DNA of 64,000 nt from Mytilus californianus (Eukaryota), in NCBI RefSeq assembly GCF_021869535.1, contig NW_026262593.1:27466001-27530000 (forward strand). The letters are read 5' to 3'. The position numbers were made by a program, and so were the translations under genes. Of this stretch, positions 38,421-50,598 are shown in pieces. Positions within the stretch are counted from its first letter, which is position 1; each line of letters opens with the position of its first letter. The notes beneath the pieces are model-generated. The model was not told the DNA's origin and searched no databases. It saw only the letters and a program-made list of their open reading frames with translations.

Positions 38421-39718
38421 GTCTATGATATTGAAACTAGGCGATGAGAACCTTTGTATTGTGAAAATATAAAAAATGTCCAAACCTTTTTTAATTGTAC
38501 GACGGGAACTAGGACATAGCTTTTTAATGTTTTGAAGTTGATATGGTATAACTTGGTTTTATGTTTTTGTAAATAATTTGAATCGGAATGAAAGACAGGA
38601 CCAATTCATTATGGTAAGACGATATTTTACAATGAATACCCATTATGTTATTAGTTTCATACTACCAATTAATCTTCCTAACCCATATGTCCGCAGAACA
38701 CAACCTCATCATTTTTGACATTTTATTTCAAGTTTCCTGATTTCCACTTCAAATCAATTTTTATTTCATAGTTCTGAAAATATCAATTAAAATCTACACT
38801 GAAAGTACAAATCATCAACGATGTCACATTGTGAGATTCACACCGGTAGGTGAAACTGAAAAGTGTCCAACACGTCGAAATTTTAAAGTTCTATGGGTAC
38901 AATATGTCATTTTTAAATATTGGTGTAAAGAAGTATACCAAAAATACCGATCTCCAAATGACCCAATATGGCGGTTTTAATCTTTGCGACTTAGTTTCTA
39001 GCGTATGATTAAACATCAAAGATTGCAAATCAAGATCAATCAACTCGTTCAGATTGTATAAAACAGTTTTATCTGCTAATTTCTGTAGATTTTTTTTGTC
39101 TAAAGAATTGTCGTCTTGTAATAGATTGAAACGATGAAAAGGTTTATTCATTTCGTTCAAAATGTAAATTAGTCGACTCATGTTTTTTCTTTACTTTGAA
39201 ATACTTTCAATTTACTATGCATATATGTAAATATTTTATGAGAAAACTTCTAGAAAAAGATTTTGTCTGAATATTTGGATTTGAAAAAAAGGAAGGCATC
39301 TTTTTATCAAATTGATTTTGCTTGAACTCCATACCTAGTAAAGTATTGAATTGCAATTTTTGCATATTATCGGCAAAACTCATGAAAAAAAAAGTATTTA
39401 AGTAATGGCCTATCCTTTTCTAAACGTATAAATATAACCTGTTTTATGTATATTATTATTTGTGCTGATTTATCAGTACTAGTTTTAGAAGAGAGGCGAA
39501 CGATACCAAAGGGATATTCAAACTCATTAGTCAAAAATAATCTGTAAACGTCATGGCAAAAAACGGAAAAGAATAAAAGACAAACACCAGTATACAAAAC
39601 ACAATGCGGATGTATGAAACTAAAGGACGGACATACATTGTTTAGGTCAACTTGTTTTATTTTTATTACCATACTTACGATACATCTTAATATTCAATAT
39701 ATAGAATGTCAAACTTAC

Positions 39719-39817
39719 GTTTACTTGTTGATTCCATTCTCGACGCAACATTAACAGTATCACCAAACAAACAATATCGTGGCATTTTAGTTCCTACAAC
39801 TCCAGCAACAACAGAAC
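39719..39817 (-). CDS. NIT-GC cyclase exon ([33 protein letters not shown])
   Basis: Acceptor gtgttttgtag|, donor C|gtaagt; 99 bp, phase 1/1; guanylate cyclase signature [18 protein letters not shown]. Confidence 0.96.
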
Positions 39818-40149
39818 CTACAAAACACTTATTATATTATATATTGCGCATCTGGTGCAGTGAAATGGTACCGTATATGTTATTAAGTATAAGTATCGAG
39901 AAACAGTACAGATTCATGTTTAATTCACCATCAGGCATGTGTAAATGTAAGACATTCAATGTTTGACTAGAGTTGTTTATTGTCTTCTTGTAAATATAAT
40001 TGGGAATAACTATATATTGATTGTTTGATTTTGTCTTGTTTAGAATCAAGTGGAAAATAGTTCATGAATATATTAGACAAAAACAAGTTAACAATACACC
40101 CAATAGTTCTGCAAGGTGTGTCTACCGGAGGAATTAACTGCTAAGAAGT

Positions 40150-40440
40150 TGTTCTCCAATGTTTGACATTTTTACCTATTATGTCTGTTTGTTTTGCTCA
40201 CACATTGTTGTCAATATAGTGGAATTTTATTCGACTGTCATACAAGTGAGAAGTTTAGCTAGCTATAAAACCAGGCTTTATCCACATATCCTACATAAGG
40301 AAATGCCTGTACCAAGTCAAGAATATGACAGTTGTTTTCAATTCGTTTGATGTGTTTGAGCTTTTGTTTTGCAATTTGATAAGGGACTTTCCGTTTTGAA
40401 ATTTCCTTGGAGTTCGGTATTTTTGTTATTTATATCACTG
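40150..40440 (+). mobile_element. Family B repeat, longer copy
   Basis: Reverse-complement match to 62870-63120. Confidence 0.8.
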
Positions 40441-43400
40441 GAAACGGCTATGGTGGACATAGAGTTTCGGAGCTGTTTACTCCCAAATGTTTCTTACGGC
40501 TCCCTAAAAGAGTTCTTGCAAAGGTTCTTTCATATGTAAAGAACATAACAATCAGTCTCCTTGCATGGGACATCCCGATTCCGTCTGGACATGATTGCGT
40601 ATTTGGACAATCCGTACAGCTAAACAAATGTCCCTTTAAAATCGGTTCATGAGAGAAGTCTTGCTGAACAATTCTTTATCCCTGAAAACCCCAGTGAAGA
40701 ACTAAAACAAAGTTTTTATATATAATATTATCTTCCGAATGCTAAAGTCGGACTTTTTACTAGAATTATCAAATCGACAGGTGTCAGAAGTAGAGAAATT
40801 ACCCTTCTTTACCGGTTCAATCACAGTTGCTAATTGCGGTTATGTTAGACATCTTTACTTGTACATTTGTTGCCTGTGTTGTGTTCTGCTGAAGTGGGTT
40901 TGTCTGTTTTGTTTTTCTTCTTGTAATCGTAGTGTTGTCTGTCCGTCTTTTATTATAAATTTTTAATTACTCCTGGAATATCTCCGTTTTCTGTTTTTAA
41001 CACAATTGGTGGTTCTCTTTGTGTCCTCGGGCTGCTTCAACCAATTCAAGCTGACCGCCATAAGATAACTAACAATGCTGACTTTTGTATTGCCCCCTTG
41101 CATACGACACAAAAATATCACTCGTTGAACATTTTGACACATAATCAATTTGTATGTGCACTATCGAAATATGCAAAGAAAAAAATACCTCCTTGACTTA
41201 CTCTTTGAGATATTTCAGCTTTATATATGCATGTTTTGTGTAAAAACATAATTTTTTTTTCAGTACTTTTCTGGAAAAAAGAACCACAACTTTCAATTGA
41301 AAAGAGATATTTTGACCTGTTTTTTTTGGTGGGATAGAAATTGTTCCTTGACTTATAAGCCTTGCAGTATGTCAGTGGAATGAAAACTGAATGTGATGAA
41401 ATATTTGTGATATAATACAATTATTTGTAATAAAAATCCTTTACAATTTTCTTGCCAATACAAATAGACACAAAAAAAGAGCCACCGTAAGTTTGTCTTG
41501 CAATTTCGATATAACGTTCTAAAAGTAGTATATTTATGATTGCAACAAAATATGGAGTCCTTGTGCTCATTCATTGTGTAGCTAGAAAATAGACAACCTA
41601 GCTTTTTAAATGCTGGTTATCACATTTCCAGTTTTGGCGCCATGTTACGTCGCAATGTATTTTTCATGCAACATCGTCGTGAGGTAATTTCTACCGTACA
41701 TAACAACGTTTTTCTGTCATGTACAAATGTATTGATGATAGGAAAGCAACGTTGCATAAACAACACATTAAATTTGCAGTTTCATTTTTTTTCTCGAATA
41801 AATTAAAGTGAACCAACAATGCTTTCAAAATACTTAATTAATGAATACCTTTTATTAATAATTAACATTATTTATTATTATTTTTTTAACCTGAACACAC
41901 AATAGTTTTAATCATTATATTTACAATATTTACATAGAGACAGTATATCTTTATCAAACATTCCGATATGAAGCATATTTAGTTTGGACTGGCTTCAAAG
42001 CGACTTCAATTTTTGAATTTGTCCAATTTGACGTCATATTTCAGTTCAATTCAAAATCAAAATCAACATTTTAGCCCTTCCTATGATTCTTCGTTGTTGT
42101 TTAGCTTTCTCAATCCAATGTCCATTGCTTTGTATCAGAATACAACCGACATCAACATGCAGCGCTTAATAGACTCGTGATATCGATTTTATAGAAATAT
42201 GTCAAATTGAGAACATTTTAAGTATATGATATATAATATAATGTTCAATTTCCAGTTGTTCTTGACAATCTAATCAACGTTATTTTTTTTACTTCAATGA
42301 CGCCACAATCACAGTCATGAGAATGCACGACCTTTACAAATAATGCCTTTATAATATATATAAAATGTAGTTATCTTGACTTCTCCCGTCTTGCAGTAAA
42401 ACTAATGCTAAAGAGGTGAATCTGCTCAATAATACAAAACTACGTCCGGTCAAAATTGAGAAGTTACACCGGGTGCTCTATGTGAGGAGAGTTCCAAGCT
42501 CTCTGTGTGTTAATGAACCCTTGTACCATCTCTTTGAGTGCTGCCTATGCGGTATGTTGTAAGACAAAATGTATGACCTGACTGTTTACCCTCTTGTTGC
42601 ATTGGTAGCCTAACGAAATAGGGCCCAATTCATCTATATTTGTTTCAAGCACAGTATCAAATCTAAAAGTTGTCAAATACAACTAGAAATTGAACATTAT
42701 AGAGTCGATATCATATACTTTTAAAAATTTAGAAAATTTGACATATTTCCATATAATCAAATTGCTATTAAGCAATGGCTGTTGATGTTGGTGGCGTTCT
42801 ATTTCAAAATAACAAATTTTACACAATTTTGATTTTGCATAAGGATATCCTTCTTATAAAAGTGACACAAATCTGTTAAAAGTGCTGTCTTGGATTAACG
42901 TAAGGCGTAATGTTGGTAAACTTGTTTAGAAATAAGCCATACCATTGTTAAAACCTTCAAGTCTAGACAGTAATATAAAGATTTGAAACTTACAATCGAC
43001 AGATGTTTTTGAAAATAGCCCTGGTGTGAAATGAATTAAGGGGAAATTTACCCTACTTCTTTCTCGTTATTATCATGGTGGGAAACGTTTCAATTTTAAT
43101 CTATTGTTAATTGTTCTGAATGTAAAAGATAATACAAACATAAAATGAAATTGAGAGACACAGTGTACATAGTATGACAAAAATACCGACAGCATGTAAC
43201 ACAACTGTGAACATTGATCGAATAAGACCTTTATAAATATTAATGTCCATATATGTAACACAATAGCATAAAATTATAAACATTGATGAAATAAGACAAA
43301 TGTGCGTCGACTTGCAGTAAATATAAATATTCATACATTCTCGTTGTTATTTAAGTTGCTTCTTAGCACATTTGATGTATACTGATAAGGTAATTATTTG

Positions 43401-44463
43401 CTACACACTCTCCCATATTAATGTAACGGTACAGATCCATTTACTGGTAATGGAGCAAACTAAATTCGTTTTTGATATAGACAAATGTTGTTACTTACCA
43501 AGGAACTAATTTGATTTTAAATACTTGAACTTAATTTAAACAAATTGTAAGTTTAGTCTACACGAAATATTGACTTAAGACATTTTTATATCAGAATTGT
43601 TAAAATGGATAAGTATTATCATGTTGATAACGGTAAAGACTTTCAAGCCGATACGTTTCACCGGTAGAAACTCTCCTTAATTCGTTGAAACTGTTACAAT
43701 CCTCTTTAGAAAGTAGTCGATACAGCCTAATCTATCTTATCTATATTGGATGTTGTCTTCATTGCCGGTTCTTTTTCTTTAATTATTTCAATCACAATTT
43801 TATGATATTTCATGTTGTCTTTTTAGACTGAATAATACAGAGACTAAAAGATATATATATACAGAGTATAGAAAAAATCAATAAATAAAAGATACACGTA
43901 ATTTTGAGCGTCGTTAAAAGACTTCAATCAGGTAAAACATTGTCATATTGGACTTTGTTTCGAGGTTGAATAAACATTTTGGAGAACGAATTGAGACTGT
44001 GACATCCGATAGGACACCGATTTAAGGGTAACATATCAATGGAAGGTTTACTATTGTAAATTGCAATCATCTCTTGTTCCGTTTTTGTTCTCGATTAGAC
44101 CGTATATTTATTTCAGGGCATATGAAAATGTACGAAAATACAATATTATATCCTTTGTATACTTCAATTGGAGCCTAAAATGATAGATGTCTTCAACATT
44201 GTTAATTATCGTTGAATCATCGAATGAAACGATATTATTAACAAATAGATACGCGTGAAGGTAAATGGCAGGGATATGGTGTATTATTATTGGTATTGTT
44301 GTTTCCTTTAATCAAGAAGCTCTTGCTCCATTATATCTCTATTATTACAAGAGTGTTTAATTCACAGTTGACCTATGAGGGTCTTTCGGGGTTTGCTTTC
44401 TATTTTCCTTTTATATATGTAATCGTTATAACAACAATTACTGTGTAGTGCTGAAAAATGTAC

Positions 44464-44625
44464 CTGTGTTAATGCCAATTCTAAGTTTCCAATGCTCCTC
44501 GGGTATGTGAGGTACTGTCGCTTGGTTAACAATGGTCATTATATCTAAAGACATCAATGCTATCTCAAGCACATGCCGGTCTTTATTTCGAATCGGTAAA
44601 CCTGACGCTACCATGTACGCATCAC
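44464..44625 (-). CDS. NIT-GC cyclase exon (GDAYMVASGLPIRNKDRHVLEIALMSLD...WKLRIGINTG)
   Basis: Acceptor ttgttacag|, donor G|gtacat; 162 bp, phase 1/1; not in the ORF track but read directly from the minus strand. Confidence 0.95.
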
Positions 44626-45529
44626 CTGTAACAAATGTTAAAGTAACTTTGCAACCGACTAGAAAGTTTTGATTGATGGAATGAATCTCATATTTGTACT
44701 CATATATTCAGTCTAAAGTATTTTTTTTGTTCAATGTGAAAACTAGAAATCCCTTTGTAAATCGGGAACTAGCGACTTATTCAATTATCGGCTCTTTTGT
44801 CAGTCTCTCCCTCCTTCTTTTTTGTGTTTTACTTTTTCATGTTTGCCATCATGTTTTATGGAGCTTGGTTATGTAGTTATTTTGTTTTGCTATTTTTTTG
44901 GTACTTTTTTTGGTGTTTTTATTTTTTTTTTTTTGTGTTGTTTTTTGGGTTGTGATAGGAGGTAGAGGTTCTTTACACTTTTTTTTTATTGAAAATTATT
45001 AAAATATGAGTGCATGCTGTTGTTGTTACTGAATAGGTCTGTTTGTTTAATCTTTGTAAAAAGTTAAAACAAATACGTATAAAACCGATTTTTAGGACCT
45101 TGCCACGTGTTTCTGGTATAAATTTCGCTAGTTACGCTCAATACCAAGGTTTTTCAAGATCACTAAATGTTTAAACGCATTCACACTGAGAAGGCAGAAA
45201 CAAAACAATTATTGAACATAAAATATCAACTAAAGTTTACGTTAGATATTCTAAGTACCAGTTTAATTATTTTCCGAAACGATGAAATAGTGTGATTAGT
45301 CATTTAACACCAAATTATAATTTCTGGATCCATATCGAGACATTCAATAAACGAAAAAGGCTAAATACTGGTTGGTAAAGAGGTTCAATTATATGTATAT
45401 TTCATAATTTGAGTTTCGTATTGTCATATGACCGTTATTAAGTTAAACGTCGAAAGCAATCACAGTTTCATAGTTTATATATCAATAATATATGATGATT
45501 CCATATACAGGTTTGTACTTAGTTTCAAT

Positions 45530-45887
45530 CTTGGTATCTATGATGAGTTTATCCTGGTATCTATTATGATTTTATTTACAACCACTGGGTTGATGCCATT
45601 GCTGGTTGAGTTTTTCTCCCCGAGGGTATCACCAGCCAAGACGTCAGCACTTCTGTGTTGACATGAATAATCATTGATATGGTCATTACTATAAATTAGC
45701 TGTTTACGAAACTGTGAATCTTTCGAAATACTAAGTATTTTCTAGCCCCAGGAATAAATTACCGTAGCTGTATTTGGCAAAACTTTTAGGATTTTTGGGT
45801 ACTCTATGCTCTTCAACTTCGTAATTTATTTGGCCTTTTTAATTTTTTGATTCGAGGTTCACTGATGAGTCTTTTGTAGACGAAACG
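45530..45887 (+). mobile_element. Retrozyme-like monomer of about 360 bp ending in a type I hammerhead core, truncated in stem III
   Basis: CACTGATGAGTCTTTTGTAGACGAAACG at 45860-45887: CUGAUGA, stem II GUCU/AGAC, GAAA. Begins with the unit-terminal motif GGTATCTATGATGAGTTT. Confidence 0.8.
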
Positions 45888-46025
45888 TTTCAACATTTGA
45901 AATTAAGTCTTTAGTTTTAAGTTTTAAAATAAAAAAAAAACTATTTTAACATTCAGCGTTAAAAAGAGGCAAAAGTTACCCCTATCTATAGTTCTTTGGC
46001 CAAATATTATGACTTGCTTACTTAC

Positions 46026-46458
46026 CTATAGTTTCTACTTTATAAACATCAAACGACTCGAGACGATCATCTATCATAATATACAGTATATTTAGCATGT
46101 GTATAACTTGCATTGGTGAACTCTTGGAACAAATAGTCGTAAAACCAACAATATCGGAGAAATAAATCGTTACTGAATCATAATGTTCCGGATGAATCGC
46201 CATATCTTTCATCATTCGTTTTGCAATGGCAATTGGCAACATTTGATAAAGCAGTTGTTCAGAACGTTTACGTTCGATTTCCAAGTCAGCAGTTTTGTTT
46301 TTAAGTGATGCTGCAAACGATTGAAGCTTCTTTGTAAGACGGAACACAAGATATACAATGATAGGAGACATTATTACAACTCCAACGATTTCTATCACGT
46401 TCAGTATTAAACTCTTTTGAAGTGACGTTATATGGTCTGCCAATGATCGAATAATTTC
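46026..46458 (-). CDS. NIT-GC exon: TM helix, S-helix and start of the cyclase domain (EIIRSL...IVYLVF...LEIERKRSEQLLYQMLP...VTIYFSDIVGFT...YKVETIG)
   Basis: Acceptor tttcttcag|, donor G|gtaagt; 433 bp = 432+1; classic class III cyclase motifs SDIVGFT and YKVETIG. Confidence 0.95.
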
Positions 46459-47463
46459 CTGAAGAAAAACCAAAATATAAATCTTACATTGAAACAGAAT
46501 GGGTTAAAAGCATATTCCATACACTGATAAGACAATTAAATAAATGTTATGTATCAATAACTTCTATTCAATATCATTTTTTTGTAGCAGCACGTATCTA
46601 ATTTAACTAACTTACGCTTATCTATATAGTTTTCAAGATTCTTTTTTTGTCTAGAAATCATATATTGTTAGTCGTTATATCTTCGACTTATGAATATGGA
46701 TTCTTCTTTTAGCATAGACCACCTCTTGTAACCATAGGAATCATTTGTATTTTTCTTTTGTTGGTCTTTCGGATTTACATGTACACTATTAACTCCTTAA
46801 ATACACTATTGTTTGTGTCATCCGTCCATACACTTAAAAGAGAACACGTTTATTTTGTCTTTATTACCCTGATGCAAAAGTATATTTGTTCAACGATATA
46901 TGTGTACATAAATTATACATTATAAACTAACATGATAATTATTCAAAACAAGCTTCACAGATCGGGTTCGTCTGACTGTTGTCTACATTTACTTATATCA
47001 GGAACTCTCACAGCCAAACATTTTAAACCAAATATAGATATTTTTGGGGTAAAATGACCGACAGAAGACCTTTATTGAATAGTCAAACCAATCTAAGGTC
47101 ATCACATGCAAGGGAGTTTGAACTTAGTGTTTATAAACCTTCTTATTGTATCCGTGCAAAATTGTCGAACTGTATCATATCTAAGATAAAAATTATGTCG
47201 GTGGCAAATGTTTTAACTTCAAGGCTAATAATATTCTACAGGCCACCATCTACGATTTCGACCCAGTGAAACTTTATAAATGTGTGCCATCTATTCGCTT
47301 TTCTGATTTTAACCGCTCAAATCCAAATTTTAAAGCCTACTTCAGAAGCTATATTACCAAAATGTCTAAGAAATATCCAAAACCATGTAAGTTCGCCATG
47401 CCTTTAGCGAAGCACTGACATCTGATATTTATATACGAAAACATGACATATTAGCTGGTTTAC

Positions 47464-47738
47464 CTGTGCAAGTCCGTCCTGAATATCTTTTAATATATTT
47501 ATATATTGTGTCATATTATGAAACCACACGATGCCAGCTGTTACAGATGATATTGATGCATTGTTGGTTATTATTTTCTCACGCATCATAACTAGTTCAG
47601 TCGAAAGGGGTGTATTGGTATATTGATCGTCTAAAATGGTTCTCACGAATGACGAATACTGCATGCTCCTTTCCAAATATGTGGCCCCAAGGATTTTCTT
47701 TTCTGTATACCATAGTAATTCTTCGACCGAAAAGCTTC
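47464..47738 (-). CDS. NIT-type membrane guanylate cyclase, sensor-domain exon (GSFSVEELLWYTEKKILGATYLERSMQYSS...GIVWFHNMTQYINILKDIQDGLAQ)
   Basis: Minus-strand acceptor tatttttcacag|, donor CAG|gtaaac; 275 bp = 2+273; WF..MT.YI..L...Q helix resembles the C-terminal part of animal NIT domains; splices in frame to the next exon. Confidence 0.82.
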
Positions 47739-48083
47739 CTGTGAAAAATATGTATTAAAAGAATGACTAATATACAATTTTGTATATAGCATATCCGTCC
47801 TTTTACACTCGCCGCAATATAGCCTATTTGTGCTGAGACGGCGTAAAGCAACCACCAATCCATCCTTTTTCAAAGTTTTTCGTAAAAATGATGAAATATA
47901 TTTTTACAAATCCATATTCTGGACTTTTTATTGCACATTATTCAAAATGTGTTGGCAGTTGTTATAAATTTTGTTACTCTACTATCATTGATAATAATAT
48001 TTAAAAAAAAATTTGTGCACGCAACACGTGTTTATAGAAAAACGTTCAGAAAAATAGAAAAAAATATCGATAATTCTCCTTAA

Positions 48084-48716
48084 GGGCATACGTAACAGTT
48101 TTGATCCCACGGTGATTTGTTTTACAAAAATTTGCATACAAGCTATTTTCACCTAGTCAATGCAAATATGTAATAAAAAATATACCTTCATGTGCTACTT
48201 TAAGAGATAAATGGGGTCGAAATTTTGGACATTTACTATAAATTTCGTTTTTTGGAACATTTCTATCCTTTGGATAGACATACCTTATTTTTTTGTTTCA
48301 AAAGATAAACATAATAGGATTTTTGTAAAAACATTTGGAAAATCTCTTTTACATAAGTATGCTCTAAATTTTTATAACAATTCTTTGGAAATAATTAATT
48401 TTTATCAAAGTTTCAGTATTTTAGGAAAAAATCGGAATTTTTTGCTGTATACTTATCTAATTTTCAAAAATCACATCGGTGACTTTTTCATAAAAATTGG
48501 TACAAATAATCTTCAAACGTAATCAATCCTAATCTCATTTTAAGAAAGAGGGGTCCATGAACTCGTTTTCAAGTTATATCATTCTGAATGATAAAAATAA
48601 ATCGAAAAATGCACATTTTCCCGATATGTCGCAGTTTGACGTCGCGAAAAATAACAATTTACATTGGCAACATCATTACCCCCCCCCCCCCCCCCCTGTA
48701 ACTGTATCGTATGCCC
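48084..48716. mobile_element. Kolobok-like MITE (633 bp) with TTAA TSD
   Basis: TTAA|GGGCATACGTAACAGTT ... AACTGTATCGTATGCCC|TTAA; 17-bp TIR with 2 mismatches; GG/CC termini plus TTAA fit Kolobok rather than piggyBac (CCC termini). Confidence 0.8.
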
Positions 48717-48879
48717 TTAATTAAAAAGAAAGTCAATGTTATAATTGGACAATTTCAAGGAATATTATACATGTAGATACTGATAAACAAATGGATATTG
48801 AAAACAAAATTGGACACAAAACTAATTGTATCGCAGAACGGAAACGAGGTACAGCGACGTTTTAGTGAAAATCGGATGT

Positions 48880-48915
<36 letters not shown>

Positions 48916-49166
48916 TAGTTGCTTAAAGAGAATGCAAGTCACCAAGTTTGAAGTTGATTTAATACGGTAAACATAGTTTAAATAGTTGAAATAAAATGAA
49001 AGTTAACAAATACATAATCAAAGACTGAAAGCGAAAGTTCAAACGCCTTCTTACATCCTGTCATCTTGGAAATTCTAAAAACTTACTCCAAAATCTTGAA
49101 TCACATTCTTCAAAACCTTGCATATATATCAAAACATTTCATTTTTTCACGCATCGAATAGTGTTT

Positions 49167-49205
49167 CTGAAGAAACATTAATTGTCGAAATGCGTATCTG
49201 GTGCA
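49167..49205 (+). ncRNA. Degenerate minimal type I hammerhead motif, second family
   Basis: CTGAAGA-AACA-TTAAT-TGTC-GAAA-T-GCGT-A-TC-TGGTGC; the 10.1-11.1 pair is A.C and the 5' strand of stem I is absent, so probably inactive. Confidence 0.55.
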
Positions 49206-49419
49206 GTTAAATTGGTACCGTTTATATTATTCCTACAAAAATGGGAACTGTGGATACACATTTCTTGTTTTAACCATGAAGAACTGCACAGATTCTTAAA
49301 AAAAAACCCATCAAATACACTGATTATTGAAAGATTGATTGTTGTTTGTTTTACTTCCAGTGCGAAACATTTCTTGCATGTCCAAGACGGGAGCAAATTA
49401 ACAATCAATACATTTAATA

Positions 49420-50598
49420 GGCGGCGTGAATCAGATGTGGATATTAAAAAATTCCAAAGATCTTTTAGAATACATACAATCTAAGACTCTTTCATCTTGC
49501 AATAGTATTAAAACATTTGACTTTTCTACAATTTACACAGGTATTCCCCATTCCAAACTAAAAGACAAATTGAAAGAGTTGGTATTGCTTTGTTTCATAA
49601 AAAGAACGGCCAACGTAGATATAAGTATCTTGTCTTAGAGAGGGATAAATACTACTTTGTAAGAAATCACTCTAATTTAAACAAAAAATTCTCTGAAACT
49701 GACATTATCAAGATGCTTGATTTCTTGATTGACAACATATTTGTTACGTTTGGAGGACGTGTTTTTCAACAAACTATCGGCATTCCTATGGGTGCCCCTC
49801 TTCTTGCCGACTTGTTCCTATATTTTTATGAGGCTGACTTCATACAGGAACTTCTTAGAAAGAAAAATTAGAAGTTAGCAGTATCCTTTAACTTTACTTT
49901 CCGCTATATAAATGATGTTCTCTCACTAAATAATTCAAAATCTGGTGACTATGTTGAACGCATCTATCCCACCGAACTAGAGATAAAGGATACAACAGAT
50001 ACAGTTAGGTCTGCCTCATATCTTGACTTACATCTAAAAATTGACAATGAGGGTCGGTTGAAAAGAAAACTTTACGACAAAAGAGATGATTTCAGCTTCC
50101 CAATTGTGAACTTTCCATTTCTGTGTAGCAACATTCTAGCAGCGCCTGCATACGGAGTATATATCTCCCAATTGATACGATATTCCCGGGCTTGTATTTC
50201 CTATCATGATTTCCTTCATAGAGGGTTGCTGCTCACAAGGAAGCTATTAAACCAAGAGTTTCAAATTGTGAAGTTGAAATCTTCCATTCGTAAATTTTAC
50301 GGACATGATCACGAGTTGGTTGACCGTAATATCCGTGTTACAGATGATGGTGGGTTTGTACTAATATGAACAACACGACGGGTGCCACATGTGGAGCAGG
50401 ATCTACTTACCCTTTCGGAGCACCTGAGATCACCCCCAGTTTTAATTTGCGTTCGTGTTGCTTAGTCTTTAGTTTTCTATGTTATGTTTTGTGTACTATT
50501 GTTTGGCTGTTTGTCTTTTTCTTTTTTGTCATGGCGTTGTCAATTTATTTTCGATTTATGAGTTTGAATGACTCTCTGGTATCTTTCGGCCCTCTTTT
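49420..50598 (+). mobile_element. 5'-truncated Penelope-like retroelement: RT pseudogene plus 3' UTR
   Basis: Motifs IKTFDFSTIYT, QTIGIPMG(-)APLLADLFL, FRYINDVL (YIDD variant), LYDKRDDFSFPIVNFPFL, YGVYISQLIRYSRAC; one frameshift near 49610 and a stop at 49869-49871; conserved tail at 50366-50598. Confidence 0.9.

Noticed and set aside
30540-38850. Antisense lncRNA from + strand splice-like sites (donor near 30660, mini-exon near 33075-33101, exon near 38773-38846) with an octamer motif near 30560
   Set aside because: Such motifs arise by chance in AT-rich DNA; no coding or structural support without RNA data.
40440-40720. Tyrosine recombinase-like remnant
   Set aside because: Only vague similarity; catalytic motifs cannot be identified.
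40963-41148. Alternative NIT-GC exon (MQGGNTKV...)
   Set aside because: No cyclase motifs; the gene is already complete and in phase without it.
47597-47873. Apparent frameshift between overlapping ORFs at the NIT exon
   Set aside because: Explained by the splice acceptor at 47739-47741; the exon is in one frame.
21435-48912. Homopolymer runs (poly-C 21435 and 48679, poly-G 22376, poly-A 48882)
   Set aside because: Ordinary slippage tracts, mostly within repeats; lengths may be assembly-dependent.
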